A DNA stretch of 32,000 bases, taken from contig NC_006833.1 in assembly GCF_000008385.1 (NCBI RefSeq), forward strand, positions 960,001-992,000, given 5' to 3'. The notes below the pieces were generated by a model that was given only the letters and a program-made list of their open reading frames with translations, searched no databases and was not told the DNA's origin. Origin of the DNA: Wolbachia endosymbiont strain TRS of Brugia malayi (GTDB taxonomy: Bacteria > Pseudomonadota > Alphaproteobacteria > Rickettsiales > Anaplasmataceae). The translations under genes and the position numbers were made by a program. The first letter of the stretch is position 1. Each line of letters begins with the position of its first letter. This document shows positions 1 through 8,817 of the stretch, one piece after another.

Positions 1-575
1 TAGATGAGAATAAGCATATATATAATGCAGTAATTAATGACTTATCTTGGAAGTACCTGTTTCTCTTTGGACCTAAAGGCTCTGGTAAAACTCACCTTGC
101 TCACATTTGGCAGTCAATAAACAATGCAATTTTTATCAATGTGAACAACTTTATAAGTGAGATTAGATATAGCAACGCTTTTATTTTAGAAGATGTACAA
201 GATATTCAAGATGAAGCAACGCTATTACACTGTTACAACTATATGAAAGAAAATAACAAGAGGTTGCTAATTACTTCCTCAACTTCACCAAAAAGACTTA
301 ATTTTAAATTGAAAGATTTAAGCTCCCGCATATTATCAACTATTAGCGCAAAAATTCCATCTGCAAGCGAGGAATTATTACGAATTATGTTAATAAAACG
401 ATTTTCAGACAAACAGTTGAAAGTTGATCTGAAAGTGATTAATTATATTTTAGCAAGAATAGAGCGTTCTTTTTGTAGCATTAATAGAATTATAGAGAAA
501 ATAGATAATGGATCTATGGGATCAAATGTTACCATTCCTTTTGTTAGCACCTTATTAAAAAGGGATACTACATAA
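1..575 (+). CDS. hdaA: DnaA-family regulatory ATPase, HdaA/Hda-like (5' truncated by window edge)
   Basis: The frame is open from nt 3 through the called GTG at 141 and encodes ...YNAVINDLSWKYLFLFGPKGSGKTHLAHIW..., a P-loop at 69-92, followed by an acidic D-rich stretch (AFILEDVQDI) and an AAA+ lid-like tail (SSRILSTISAKIPSASEELLRIMLIKRF). The track start at 141 is too late. Confidence 0.8.
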   Translation, partial: DENKHIYNAVINDLSWKYLFLFGPKGSGKTHLAHIWQSINNAIFINVNNFISEIRYSNAFILEDVQDIQDEATLLHCYNYMKENNKRLLITSSTSPKRLNFKLKDLSSRILSTISAKIPSASEELLRIMLIKRFSDKQLKVDLKVINYILARIERSFCSINRIIEKIDNGSMGSNVTIPFVSTLLKRDTT

Positions 576-786
576 TTCCTTTTTTTTTGCAAAGCATTCT
601 TTGCATATACCAAAAATTTATTAACATCTGTGACACTGACATCATTAAAATCTCCGCTTATTTATGCCAAGAGTATAAGAATATTATATCATAATAAGTA
701 TGGACAGATATGATTAGGGAGCAGCATATTATAGTAGGACTCACTTTGTTAAGATGTTTTCTGCAGATTTGATGTTATAATTAATC

Positions 787-957
787 ATGGTAAGAGCAAG
801 ATCGAATCTAAAAAAAAGGCTAAGACGAAGGTTTATTATGCTTATCCTATTGGCAAATACTTTATTTATTTTGTATTTTTTAATAAGGAATACGGGCAAC
901 ATTTCCAATCAAATAATAGTAAAAGAAATAAATATAGGAGCTGACAATGAAAGATAA
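787..957 (+). CDS. 56-aa basic, single-TM small protein overlapping the xerC-like start by 11 nt (not in supplied ORF track)
   Basis: Manual translation gives MVRARSNLKKRLRRRFIMLILLANTLFILYFLIRNTGNISNQIIVKEINIGADNER*, a basic N-terminus plus one hydrophobic helix. Confidence 0.4.
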   Translation: MVRARSNLKKRLRRRFIMLILLANTLFILYFLIRNTGNISNQIIVKEINIGADNER

Positions 958-1933
958 GCAGTTACATAATAAAAAAGAAAATCTTTACATCACATATTAC
1001 ATAGATGCTTTAGTGTCAGAAAGGTCCGCTACACAAAATACTTTAGAAAGTTATCGTTCAGATTTACATCAACTTGAAGATTTTCTGCTGAAAAGTGGTA
1101 CTACTTTGGTTGGTGCAAGCAAAACTAATATTAAAGATTATGTGAAGTCTCTATGCACACAAAAAAAATACAAAAGTAGTTCTATATCAAGAAAAATATC
1201 TGCCATGAAAAATTTTTATAAGTGCCTATTTAACGATGGAATAATAGATTCTAACCCAGCTCCAGCTAACGATGACGAATTAAAAAATCCAAAGGTTTTT
1301 CGTCCTTTGCCTAAGTATCTAAGCGTTAAAGAAATGCTTTTGCTGATAGATACAGTTAGAAAATCAGCAAACGAACCGAACAAAGAGATAAATAGTAGAA
1401 GGTTATGCGCTATTTTAGACATCCTCTACTCTTCTGGCATGCGTATCTCTGAATTAATTAGCATGAAATTATGCGAAGTGTCACATTTATTAAACAGTAG
1501 TGACAAAGAATGTTATATAATAATAAAAGGAAAAAGCAGTAAAGAAAGGCAAATCCTCTTTAATGAGCAAGCATTGCAGAGCCTTAGAAATTACTTGTTA
1601 GCCCGCGATAATCTGATTTCTGATAGAAAGGAATCTGATTGGTTGTTTCCAGGTAACAAACCTAATAAGCCAATTACAAGACAGAGAATCGGTCAGTTGG
1701 TTAAGGAATTAGCGAAAAAATGCAATATTGATGAAAATAAAATCTCCCCACATGTGATTAGACACTCCTTTGCCACTCATCTACTAGATAGTGGAGCAAG
1801 CATTATGCTGATACAGAAAATTCTTGGACATACTAACCTTTCTACAACACAAATATACACTCATATTGCTAATAAAAAATTAAAGGATAAATTAGCTAAT
1901 TCACATCCTATCACTCAGATAATCAATAGTTAA
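947..1933 (+). CDS. xerC: Tyrosine recombinase XerC/XerD family
   Basis: N-terminal SAM-like domain; catalytic motifs LYSSGMRISEL, HVIRHSFATHLLDSGASIMLIQKILGHTNLSTTQIYTH. Confidence 0.9.
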   Translation: MKDKQLHNKKENLYITYYIDALVSERSATQNTLESYRSDLHQLEDFLLKSGTTLVGASKTNIKDYVKSLCTQKKYKSSSISRKISAMKNFYKCLFNDGIIDSNPAPANDDELKNPKVFRPLPKYLSVKEMLLLIDTVRKSANEPNKEINSRRLCAILDILYSSGMRISELISMKLCEVSHLLNSSDKECYIIIKGKSSKERQILFNEQALQSLRNYLLARDNLISDRKESDWLFPGNKPNKPITRQRIGQLVKELAKKCNIDENKISPHVIRHSFATHLLDSGASIMLIQKILGHTNLSTTQIYTHIANKKLKDKLANSHPITQIINS

Positions 1934-1997
1934 ACTTGTTGTTTTTAATTTATAGTAAAGTTAAATTCAAATAAAGTTCATTTGGGAACAGGCTTTT

Positions 1998-2711
1998 GTG
2001 ATTTCAAGTTTATTGTTTAACTTCTTTCTTATACTATGGGAAATGCTCTATACTTTGATTGCTCTTCCTGTAATTCTCTTTCCTACACGGGTGATAACTA
2101 TTTTTCTTGCCTGCTCAGTAAGGGTTGTATTGCTTATGCTTCGTTTACTATGTGAAATTGAATACGAAGTTAGGGGAATGGAAAATATTCCAAAATATCC
2201 CTTTGTAATTGCCTCTAAACACCAATCTCCACTTGAAACATTTATCTTTATACTTTTATTTAGAAATGCAGTTTTTATTTTAAAACGCGAACTGAAGTGG
2301 ATTCCTTTCATTGGCTTGCATCTCATGGCGCTTAGAATGATTTTTATTAACCGTTCAGATGGCATCAATGCCATGCGCCATATTATCAAGCTAGCAAGAA
2401 TGCGTATAGCAGAAAACAGAAGTATAATAATATTTCCTGAAGGTACCAGAACAGCTGCAAAGCAAAAAACAAAATATCAACCAGGTATTGCTGCTTTGTA
2501 TAGTGTATTATCTGTTCCTGTATTACCAGTCGCTTTAAATACAGGTTTGTTTTGGCCAAAGAGCATACTTTCTATGAGAAGGAATCCCGGAAAGGCAGTA
2601 ATAGAGATATTGCCTCCAATATATCATGGGTTAAACAAAAATGAGTTCTTGAAAAATTTAGAAAAAACTATTGAAGAGAGAAGTAACAAACTAACTGCAG
2701 AGAAAAACTAG
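1998..2711 (+). CDS. plsC: 1-acyl-sn-glycerol-3-phosphate acyltransferase (PlsC-like)
   Basis: Acyltransferase motifs ASKHQSPLET (HX4D/E-like, here HQSPLE), FPEGTRT, VLPVALNTG; N-terminal hydrophobic segment. Confidence 0.88.
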   Translation: MISSLLFNFFLILWEMLYTLIALPVILFPTRVITIFLACSVRVVLLMLRLLCEIEYEVRGMENIPKYPFVIASKHQSPLETFIFILLFRNAVFILKRELKWIPFIGLHLMALRMIFINRSDGINAMRHIIKLARMRIAENRSIIIFPEGTRTAAKQKTKYQPGIAALYSVLSVPVLPVALNTGLFWPKSILSMRRNPGKAVIEILPPIYHGLNKNEFLKNLEKTIEERSNKLTAEKN

Positions 2712-2774
2712 TATTGCAAACCAGTAAGAAGATTTTATAATGAAAGAAGAGTATAGTGTTTTAGGTATTGGTAT

Positions 2775-3044
2775 ATGGTAAATCATAAGAATGTTAAGAA
2801 AATGATAAAGGCAATAGCAAAGCGCACTTTAATAAATAAAATGCGCAAAAGTAAAACTCGCACTGCTATTAGAAAATTGGTTGATATAATTAAGTCTGGC
2901 AATAAAGAAAATGTCACTCCAGCGTTTCGAAGCGCTGAGTCTAATTTACACAAGTGTGTTAGTAAAGGTGTTATCCATAAAAATACTGCTGCACGTAAAA
3001 TAAGTCGCTTGAATGCAAAAGTAAAAGCATTGATGACTGCTTAA
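2775..3044 (+). CDS. rpsT: 30S ribosomal protein S20
   Basis: 89 aa, basic; S20-like pattern (RTLINKMRKSKTRTAIRK...HKNTAARKISRLNAKVKAL). Confidence 0.92.
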   Translation: MVNHKNVKKMIKAIAKRTLINKMRKSKTRTAIRKLVDIIKSGNKENVTPAFRSAESNLHKCVSKGVIHKNTAARKISRLNAKVKALMTA

Positions 3045-3109
3045 CGTGATTAATGCAAAGTTAACCGTTTAATTTGTATGCTTCACACAAAACTCAAGTA
3101 GCTTAAACG

Positions 3110-4360
3110 ATGAATAAAAAAGCGTTATTGGAACTAAGCAATGGATTAAAAATTGAGTTACCCGTATTAAGCGGAACAATGGGTTATGATGTATTAAATA
3201 TTAAAGATTTATATAAGGTCACAGGGTTACTCACCTACGACCCAGGGTTTGTTTCCACGGCTTCATGTTCTTCCGCAATTACATTCATTGATGGAGATGA
3301 AGGAGTTCTTAGATATAGAGGACATGATATAGCTGATTTAGCACAAAGCAATGATTTTACTGCTGTAATTTATTTACTACTCTATGGTAAATTACCTAAT
3401 CTAGAGCAACACAAAAAATTTTTCCTAAAAATACAAGAATTATCTAAAGTACCAGAGCAGGTTGTAAATGTAATAAAAGCATTTCCAAAAACTGCTCACC
3501 CTATGTCAATTTTGATTGCGTGTTTTGCAACTTTGTCAGCACTTTACCATGAGAGATATGGTAACAATGTCAGTAATGAAAACCTAGATTTTGGAATCTC
3601 TGCAATAGCGCAGGTTCCTGCAATTATTGCAATGGTTTATAGACATACCAATGACCAGGAATTCATAGATACTGACAATGAATTGAACTATAGTAAAAGC
3701 TTCTTAAGGATGATGTTTGGTAATGCTCTTGATAACGATAAAAGCACCCTTTTTGCAAAAGCCTTGGACAAAATATTTACTCTTCATGCTGACCATGAGC
3801 AGAATGCGTCAACAGCAGCTGTCAGGGTGGTAGGATCGGCTGGTTCTAATTTATTTGCATGCCTTTCTGCAGGAGTTGCTACACTCTGGGGACCTGTGCA
3901 TGGCGGAGCTAACGAGTCAGTTATAAATATGTTAAAGGAGATAGAACAAAGCGGAAATGTAGACAAATTTATTGAAAAAGCTAAAGATGATAAAGACCCG
4001 TTTAAACTGATGGGATTTGGACATCGTGTCTATAAAAATTACGATCCACGCGCACGCATATTAAAAGATGCTTGTGATGAGATTTTAAACAAACTAGAAC
4101 AAGATAGTAAACTGCTCAAGATTGCAAAAGAACTTGAAAAAATAGCTTTAAAAGACGAGTATTTTGTTGTGCGTAAGTTATACCCAAATGTTGATTTCTA
4201 TTCAGGTATAATAATGAATGCTATCAATATTCCTCCAAGTATGTTTACACCTATTTTTGCGCTTGCAAGAACTACTGGTTGGGTTACTCAGTGGTATGAA
4301 ATGATAAATGATAAAGAAACTAAGATTTGCAGACCAAGGCAGCTTTATGTTGGTAAATAG
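3110..4360 (+). CDS. gltA: Citrate synthase
   Basis: GDEGVLRYRGHDIADLA, LHADHEQNASTAAVRVVGSAGSNLFACLSAGVATLWGPVHGGANE, MGFGHRVYKNYDPRA motifs. Confidence 0.97.
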   Translation: MNKKALLELSNGLKIELPVLSGTMGYDVLNIKDLYKVTGLLTYDPGFVSTASCSSAITFIDGDEGVLRYRGHDIADLAQSNDFTAVIYLLLYGKLPNLEQHKKFFLKIQELSKVPEQVVNVIKAFPKTAHPMSILIACFATLSALYHERYGNNVSNENLDFGISAIAQVPAIIAMVYRHTNDQEFIDTDNELNYSKSFLRMMFGNALDNDKSTLFAKALDKIFTLHADHEQNASTAAVRVVGSAGSNLFACLSAGVATLWGPVHGGANESVINMLKEIEQSGNVDKFIEKAKDDKDPFKLMGFGHRVYKNYDPRARILKDACDEILNKLEQDSKLLKIAKELEKIALKDEYFVVRKLYPNVDFYSGIIMNAINIPPSMFTPIFALARTTGWVTQWYEMINDKETKICRPRQLYVGK

Positions 4361-4655
4361 AGCCTTTATTCGCAGTAGTGGTATAACAGAAAAAACTTTA
4401 AGTAAGCACAATTATAAAATTAAAGTAGATTAAAAACGTAGCTATAGAATGACAGAAACGGTGTTTGTAAATAAACATAAAGCCCATTTTACAGGCCTTA
4501 AGAACCCTTATATGGGGATGTTTTAGACCTAAAATTTATCCTTAATCTTTATTTAAGTGACAAAAGCACATTATTAAACTAGGTGTGTTATGTTTAATTT
4601 TTCTTATATAGACACTCCATGTCTTTATAAATTTTTATCTACGTTAGCTGAATCT

Positions 4656-4680
4656 CGCTTATTAAGTAATGTAATAAGCG
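4656..4680. other. Intergenic hairpin, 9-bp perfect stem CGCTTATTA/TAATAAGCG, 7-nt loop
   Basis: CGCTTATTA-AGTAATG-TAATAAGCG read directly from sequence, in the gltA/FKBP intergenic region. Confidence 0.4.
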
Positions 4681-4982
4681 CCAAGTTTTTGAGAGAACAG
4701 TAAACAACTCACATTGCATTGTTCTTTTTGTCTTTATTTAAGAATTAGTTCAAAAATCAACTAATCTTCTTTTTTTATAAAGAAATTATTTGAAAAACTT
4801 CTGCATTACCCTTATCGTGACGTTATGGATATTTATAATTCCAAGGTTGACTACTTACCAAGCATATAAGACATTAATGTCAAGTTCCTACAAGAGATAT
4901 CACTAGGGTTTCTTTTGCTTTTTTTCCTGCTTGGTGAGTTCCTTAAACATTTACAGCTAAAGCGATTTAAGAGAGAGATCAC

Positions 4983-5095
4983 TCAAATCTGAGATCCAGA
5001 AAAAAGTAGGGTTCACTTCAGTGCGTAACGCTGGAGCCTAAAAAAACCTGGATCACAGTGTTACAAACTTGGATGACAGAAGAAGGAAGTATTGG
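4983..5095. repeat. Degenerate intergenic Wolbachia-type palindromic repeat
   Basis: Contains TGAGATCCAG...CACTTCAGTGCGTAACGCTGGAG...CCTGGATCACAGTGTTACAAACTTGGATGACAG, resembling the CTGGATCCCAGTGT...GGATGAC repeat family. Boundaries are approximate. Confidence 0.5.
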
Positions 5096-5179
5096 CATGA
5101 AAGCCACCTGGTAGACTCAAACCACAACACTTGTGTAGCCGTATTAGTAAATTTAAAATTTTAGCTATATCCTTAACTA

Positions 5180-6118
5180 TTACTCAACAGTAGAGTGATG
5201 TGCTGCTATTTCTTGCTTGTCATCCAAGCTTAAGCTAATTATTGAAACACTTTCTTCGTCAAAATCTATATTTTCAATTAACATATCATCAGTAACGTTC
5301 AAAAGTTCCGGCGGAGAAATAATAGTTCTATTATTACCCTCTTTCATTCCTATAACCCCAAGCTCCATAGCAAGTGGTACTTTTTTATTGCCAACCTTAA
5401 ATTGCACTGTTTGATTCTTGATTATATATTCACCATCATGCCCCATTAAGCTATATTTAACTGATACCCTGTCACCGCACTTTACTTGTTTTCCAGTCTT
5501 GTTAATTAATTCGTTAAAAATCATCATACTATTCACTGAGTCAGGATATTTATCTTTTACTTCGATTAATTTAATATAATAAGAATTAAAATTCACTTCA
5601 TTCTTATTAGCAATATTATTTATCGTAACTACACGCTCTCCACCTTCTTTCATACCTATTACCCCTAAACCCACCTCTCTTTGGTTATCTTGACCTATTA
5701 CCAAAGTAACATCAGAAGTTTGTTTTGGAAGTGGCAGCGGTGTTGCTAAATTATCAGATATTTTATACATTTGTAATACGACTTCCTGACCGCAGAAAGC
5801 TCTACTGCCACTGCCTTCTATAATTTCATAAAAATTTATTGAACCTTTTTCTACTTTTTGCTGTATTATTTCTTTCAAATACTCTATCAGCCCATGCTTT
5901 TCAATATAGCGATCAAGCGCTGATTCAAGTATTGGCTTCACCAGATAATATGCTATCGTCTGTACCCAACTACTATGCGCAGCATCTATCTCATAAAGCT
6001 TGTCCTTCCTCTCTGGTTTACCTTTATTTATACAAACAACAACAAACACAAATGCAGAAGCTAAAGTGAAAATTATCACTATAGAAATAAGCAATTGTAG
6101 TATAATTTTTCTAGTCAT
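5180..6118 (-). CDS. Membrane-anchored FKBP-type peptidyl-prolyl isomerase-like protein with two degenerate FKBP repeats
   Basis: N-terminal TM (IIFTLASAFVFVVVCI); LGVIGMKEG occurs twice (LGVIGMKEGGERVV and LGVIGMKEGNNRTI), matching the FKBP GMKxGxKR element; GQEVVLQMYK and GDRVSVKYSL strands. Confidence 0.7.
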   Translation of the reverse strand: MTRKIILQLLISIVIIFTLASAFVFVVVCINKGKPERKDKLYEIDAAHSSWVQTIAYYLVKPILESALDRYIEKHGLIEYLKEIIQQKVEKGSINFYEIIEGSGSRAFCGQEVVLQMYKISDNLATPLPLPKQTSDVTLVIGQDNQREVGLGVIGMKEGGERVVTINNIANKNEVNFNSYYIKLIEVKDKYPDSVNSMMIFNELINKTGKQVKCGDRVSVKYSLMGHDGEYIIKNQTVQFKVGNKKVPLAMELGVIGMKEGNNRTIISPPELLNVTDDMLIENIDFDEESVSIISLSLDDKQEIAAHHSTVE

Positions 6119-7028
6119 CTCTTTTTACTTGATTCAATAAATTATATAAATAATTAGTATCTCCTGAAAGCTCACCCAGATTATCCAAAGCCTGTTTAAA
6201 GAGATTATCTATATAGTTTTCTATTTCACTTTTACTAAGCATAGACATCAAATTATTCACTTCATCTTGTTTATAGTCTCTAATATCATCCTTAGCCTGA
6301 AAGATAAGCCCTAGATTCACTCCATAGTTATATAACGCTCTACGTTGCTTGTCTGTAGCACTCCCTATTATAGCACCTATTTCACATGAGGCCGCAAATA
6401 GTTTTGCGGTTTTCATCAAGTGAATTTCTTTTATTTTACTATCTGGAGTTATCTTAGCACATGACCCCAGAGTCCTGTTCTTATTACATAGCTGTCTGGT
6501 GTGCTCATTTATAACTGAACTTTCTGGATCTAAGTAGTCATGGTGCTGGATGACATGGAGCGCCGTTTTAATATCTAAAATCTGTCCCCCTACCATTCCC
6601 TTGGCTCCTATTGCTTGAGAGAGCGCTTTTATAATTTCACAGCGCTTATTGCTACCCTCATTTAATGAGGATAATATTTCAAAAGCTAAAGTAAGCAGTG
6701 CATCTCCTGCAAGTACTGCTGTTGCTTTGTCAAATCTTTTATGACAGCTTAGCTGGCCTCTGCGAGTATCGCTATTGTCCATACATGGCAAATCATCATG
6801 AATCAAAGAATAGGTATGAATACATTCAACTGCCATAGCAATCGATATTACCCTCTCAATCTCAACATTAAATACTTGTGACGAAGCTACAACTAAAAAT
6901 GGACGTATGTGTTTTGCAGGAGCAAGAAGTACATAACGTACAGCTGATATAAGCCTATTTTGACTATCTTCAGGTAAAATTTTATTTATTTCTGTAATAA
7001 GCAAATTTTTTGTTGTTTTATCTAGCAT
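6111..7028 (-). CDS. ispA: Polyprenyl synthetase / farnesyl diphosphate synthase
   Basis: First Asp-rich motif HDDLPCMDNSDTRRG; second motif FQAKDDIRD; LAGDALLTLAFEILS. Confidence 0.93.
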   Translation of the reverse strand: MLDKTTKNLLITEINKILPEDSQNRLISAVRYVLLAPAKHIRPFLVVASSQVFNVEIERVISIAMAVECIHTYSLIHDDLPCMDNSDTRRGQLSCHKRFDKATAVLAGDALLTLAFEILSSLNEGSNKRCEIIKALSQAIGAKGMVGGQILDIKTALHVIQHHDYLDPESSVINEHTRQLCNKNRTLGSCAKITPDSKIKEIHLMKTAKLFAASCEIGAIIGSATDKQRRALYNYGVNLGLIFQAKDDIRDYKQDEVNNLMSMLSKSEIENYIDNLFKQALDNLGELSGDTNYLYNLLNQVKRDD

Positions 7029-7178
7029 CTTTGAGCTTGTTAATTGCTCAGCGTATGATATTAAAGCATACCTCAGCTGAAGCGGTAAGAAACTGTCATA
7101 GCTTATCAGTCATATAAAGATATTGCAAACATAAAAATTTTCTATAATATCAAAGAATAAATTATCTTTTGGTAAAAA

Positions 7179-7445
7179 ATGAATAGTGAACTAGCAAAGA
7201 GTACTAGAGAAGATATAGAAGCAAAGATAAAAAAGATTGTATTAGAGCATATTAGCAAGGATGTAGAGAAGTTTAACAACTCCTCAAAGCTTTCAGAACA
7301 TGGCGCAGATAGTTTAGATGCAGTTGAAATAATTATGGCAGCAGAAGAAGAGTTTGGAATAGAAATCCCTGATGAGGATGCACAAAAAATGGAAACTATG
7401 GAACAAATAGTTGAGTATGTCAGTAACAAAAAAAACAATAGTTGA
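7179..7445 (+). CDS. acpP: Acyl carrier protein
   Basis: GADSLDAVEIIMAAEEEFGIEIPDEDAQKMETMEQIVEYV, including the phosphopantetheine Ser motif (DSL). Confidence 0.95.
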   Translation: MNSELAKSTREDIEAKIKKIVLEHISKDVEKFNNSSKLSEHGADSLDAVEIIMAAEEEFGIEIPDEDAQKMETMEQIVEYVSNKKNNS

Positions 7446-7451
7446 TATTAA

Positions 7452-8720
7452 ATGAGCAGAAGAGTAGTAGTTACTGGTATTGGCTTAATTACTCCACTGG
7501 CAGCAGATGTTGAAAATACTTGGCTTAAGTTAATAAATGGTAAGTCTGGTATAAAGAAAATCAGTAGATTCGATGCTTCTGACCTTAGCTGCAAAGTTGC
7601 AGGGCAAGTCCCTTTACAACATGACAACATTGAGCATTGTTTTAACCCATTGAATTACATCTCTGAGAAAGATCTAAAAAGAACAGATCGCTTTATTCAT
7701 TACGGTATTGCAGCTGCCATTCAGGCAGTAGATGATTCACTAATTTTGGAAAATCAAAGCATTAACCGAGAACGTATTGGTGTGGCCATTGGCTCTGGCA
7801 TAGGTGGTCTTCCATCAATTCAGGAAAATGTAATTATCATGCAGGAAAAGGGACCCAGACGTGTTAGTCCATTTTTTGTTCCTGCAAGCTTAATAAATTT
7901 AATATCTGGCCATGTTTCTATCAAATATGAATTTACAGGTCCAAATGATTCAGCAGTAACTGCATGTGCAACAGGTGCACACGCAATCATAAACTCAGCA
8001 AGAGCTATAAAACTTGGTGAAGCAGACGTGATGATTGCAGGTGGATCAGAAAGTGCATTGTGTAGAGTTGGAATTGCAGGTTTTGCATCTATGAAGGCAT
8101 TATCAACTAAATTTAACGATAAACCTAAAGAAGCTTCAAGACCGTGGAATGAAGGACGCGATGGATTTGTCATGGGGGAAGGAGCAGGTATATTAGTGCT
8201 AGAAGAATATGAACATGCAAAAAAAAGAGGTGCAAAAATATATGCAGAACTCACTGGATATGGGCTAACAGGAGATGCATATCATATTACAGCACCACAT
8301 TTAGAAGGAAGAGGTGCATTAAAAGCAATGCAACTCGCCTTAAAAAGTGCACAAATAAATCCAAATCAAATCGGGTATATCAATGCACATGGAACTTCAA
8401 CACCTCTTGGAGATAAAATTGAAGTAATAGCGATAAAACAATTATTCGATGACTATGCCTATAAAATACCAATTTCTTCAACTAAATCTTCTATAGGACA
8501 TTTACTTGGTGCTGCAGGAAGTGTTGAAGCAATATTTAGCATTCTTGTGTTAAACAATGGAATTGTTCCGCCAACTTTAAATTTACATAAACCTTCAGAA
8601 GGATGTGATTTAAATTTTATACCGCTTAAAGCTCAAGAGCATGAAATTCAATATGCGCTTTCCAATTCGTTTGGTTTTGGTGGTACTAATGCATCACTTG
8701 TTTTTGGAAAGTGTAGTTGA
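7452..8720 (+). CDS. fabF: 3-oxoacyl-ACP synthase II
   Basis: RRVVVTGIGLITPLA start, active-site TACATGAHAI, NAHGTSTPLGDKIE, KSSIGHLLGAAGSVE, NSFGFGGTNAS. Confidence 0.97.
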   Translation: MSRRVVVTGIGLITPLAADVENTWLKLINGKSGIKKISRFDASDLSCKVAGQVPLQHDNIEHCFNPLNYISEKDLKRTDRFIHYGIAAAIQAVDDSLILENQSINRERIGVAIGSGIGGLPSIQENVIIMQEKGPRRVSPFFVPASLINLISGHVSIKYEFTGPNDSAVTACATGAHAIINSARAIKLGEADVMIAGGSESALCRVGIAGFASMKALSTKFNDKPKEASRPWNEGRDGFVMGEGAGILVLEEYEHAKKRGAKIYAELTGYGLTGDAYHITAPHLEGRGALKAMQLALKSAQINPNQIGYINAHGTSTPLGDKIEVIAIKQLFDDYAYKIPISSTKSSIGHLLGAAGSVEAIFSILVLNNGIVPPTLNLHKPSEGCDLNFIPLKAQEHEIQYALSNSFGFGGTNASLVFGKCS

Positions 8721-8817
8721 TTTCATATCTTGTAGAGCATAAGTTATTTTACTATTATGTGATTTGTCTTTTACTGTCGATTTACTATACTTATTCAGCA
8801 AGATCCAGTTTTATTGA

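Noticed and set aside
588-604. Hairpin TGCAAAG-cat-TCTTTGCA after hdaA considered as a terminator
   Set aside because: The T-run precedes the stem on the plus strand rather than following it, so it does not fit a rho-independent terminator for hdaA.
947-1933. Tyrosine recombinase as a phage/ICE integrase marking a mobile island
   Set aside because: Size, motif layout and housekeeping neighbours fit the chromosomal XerC/D type better; there are no att-like repeats or phage genes nearby.
7820-8254. 144-aa antisense ORF within fabF
   Set aside because: Shadow ORF opposite conserved fabF motifs.
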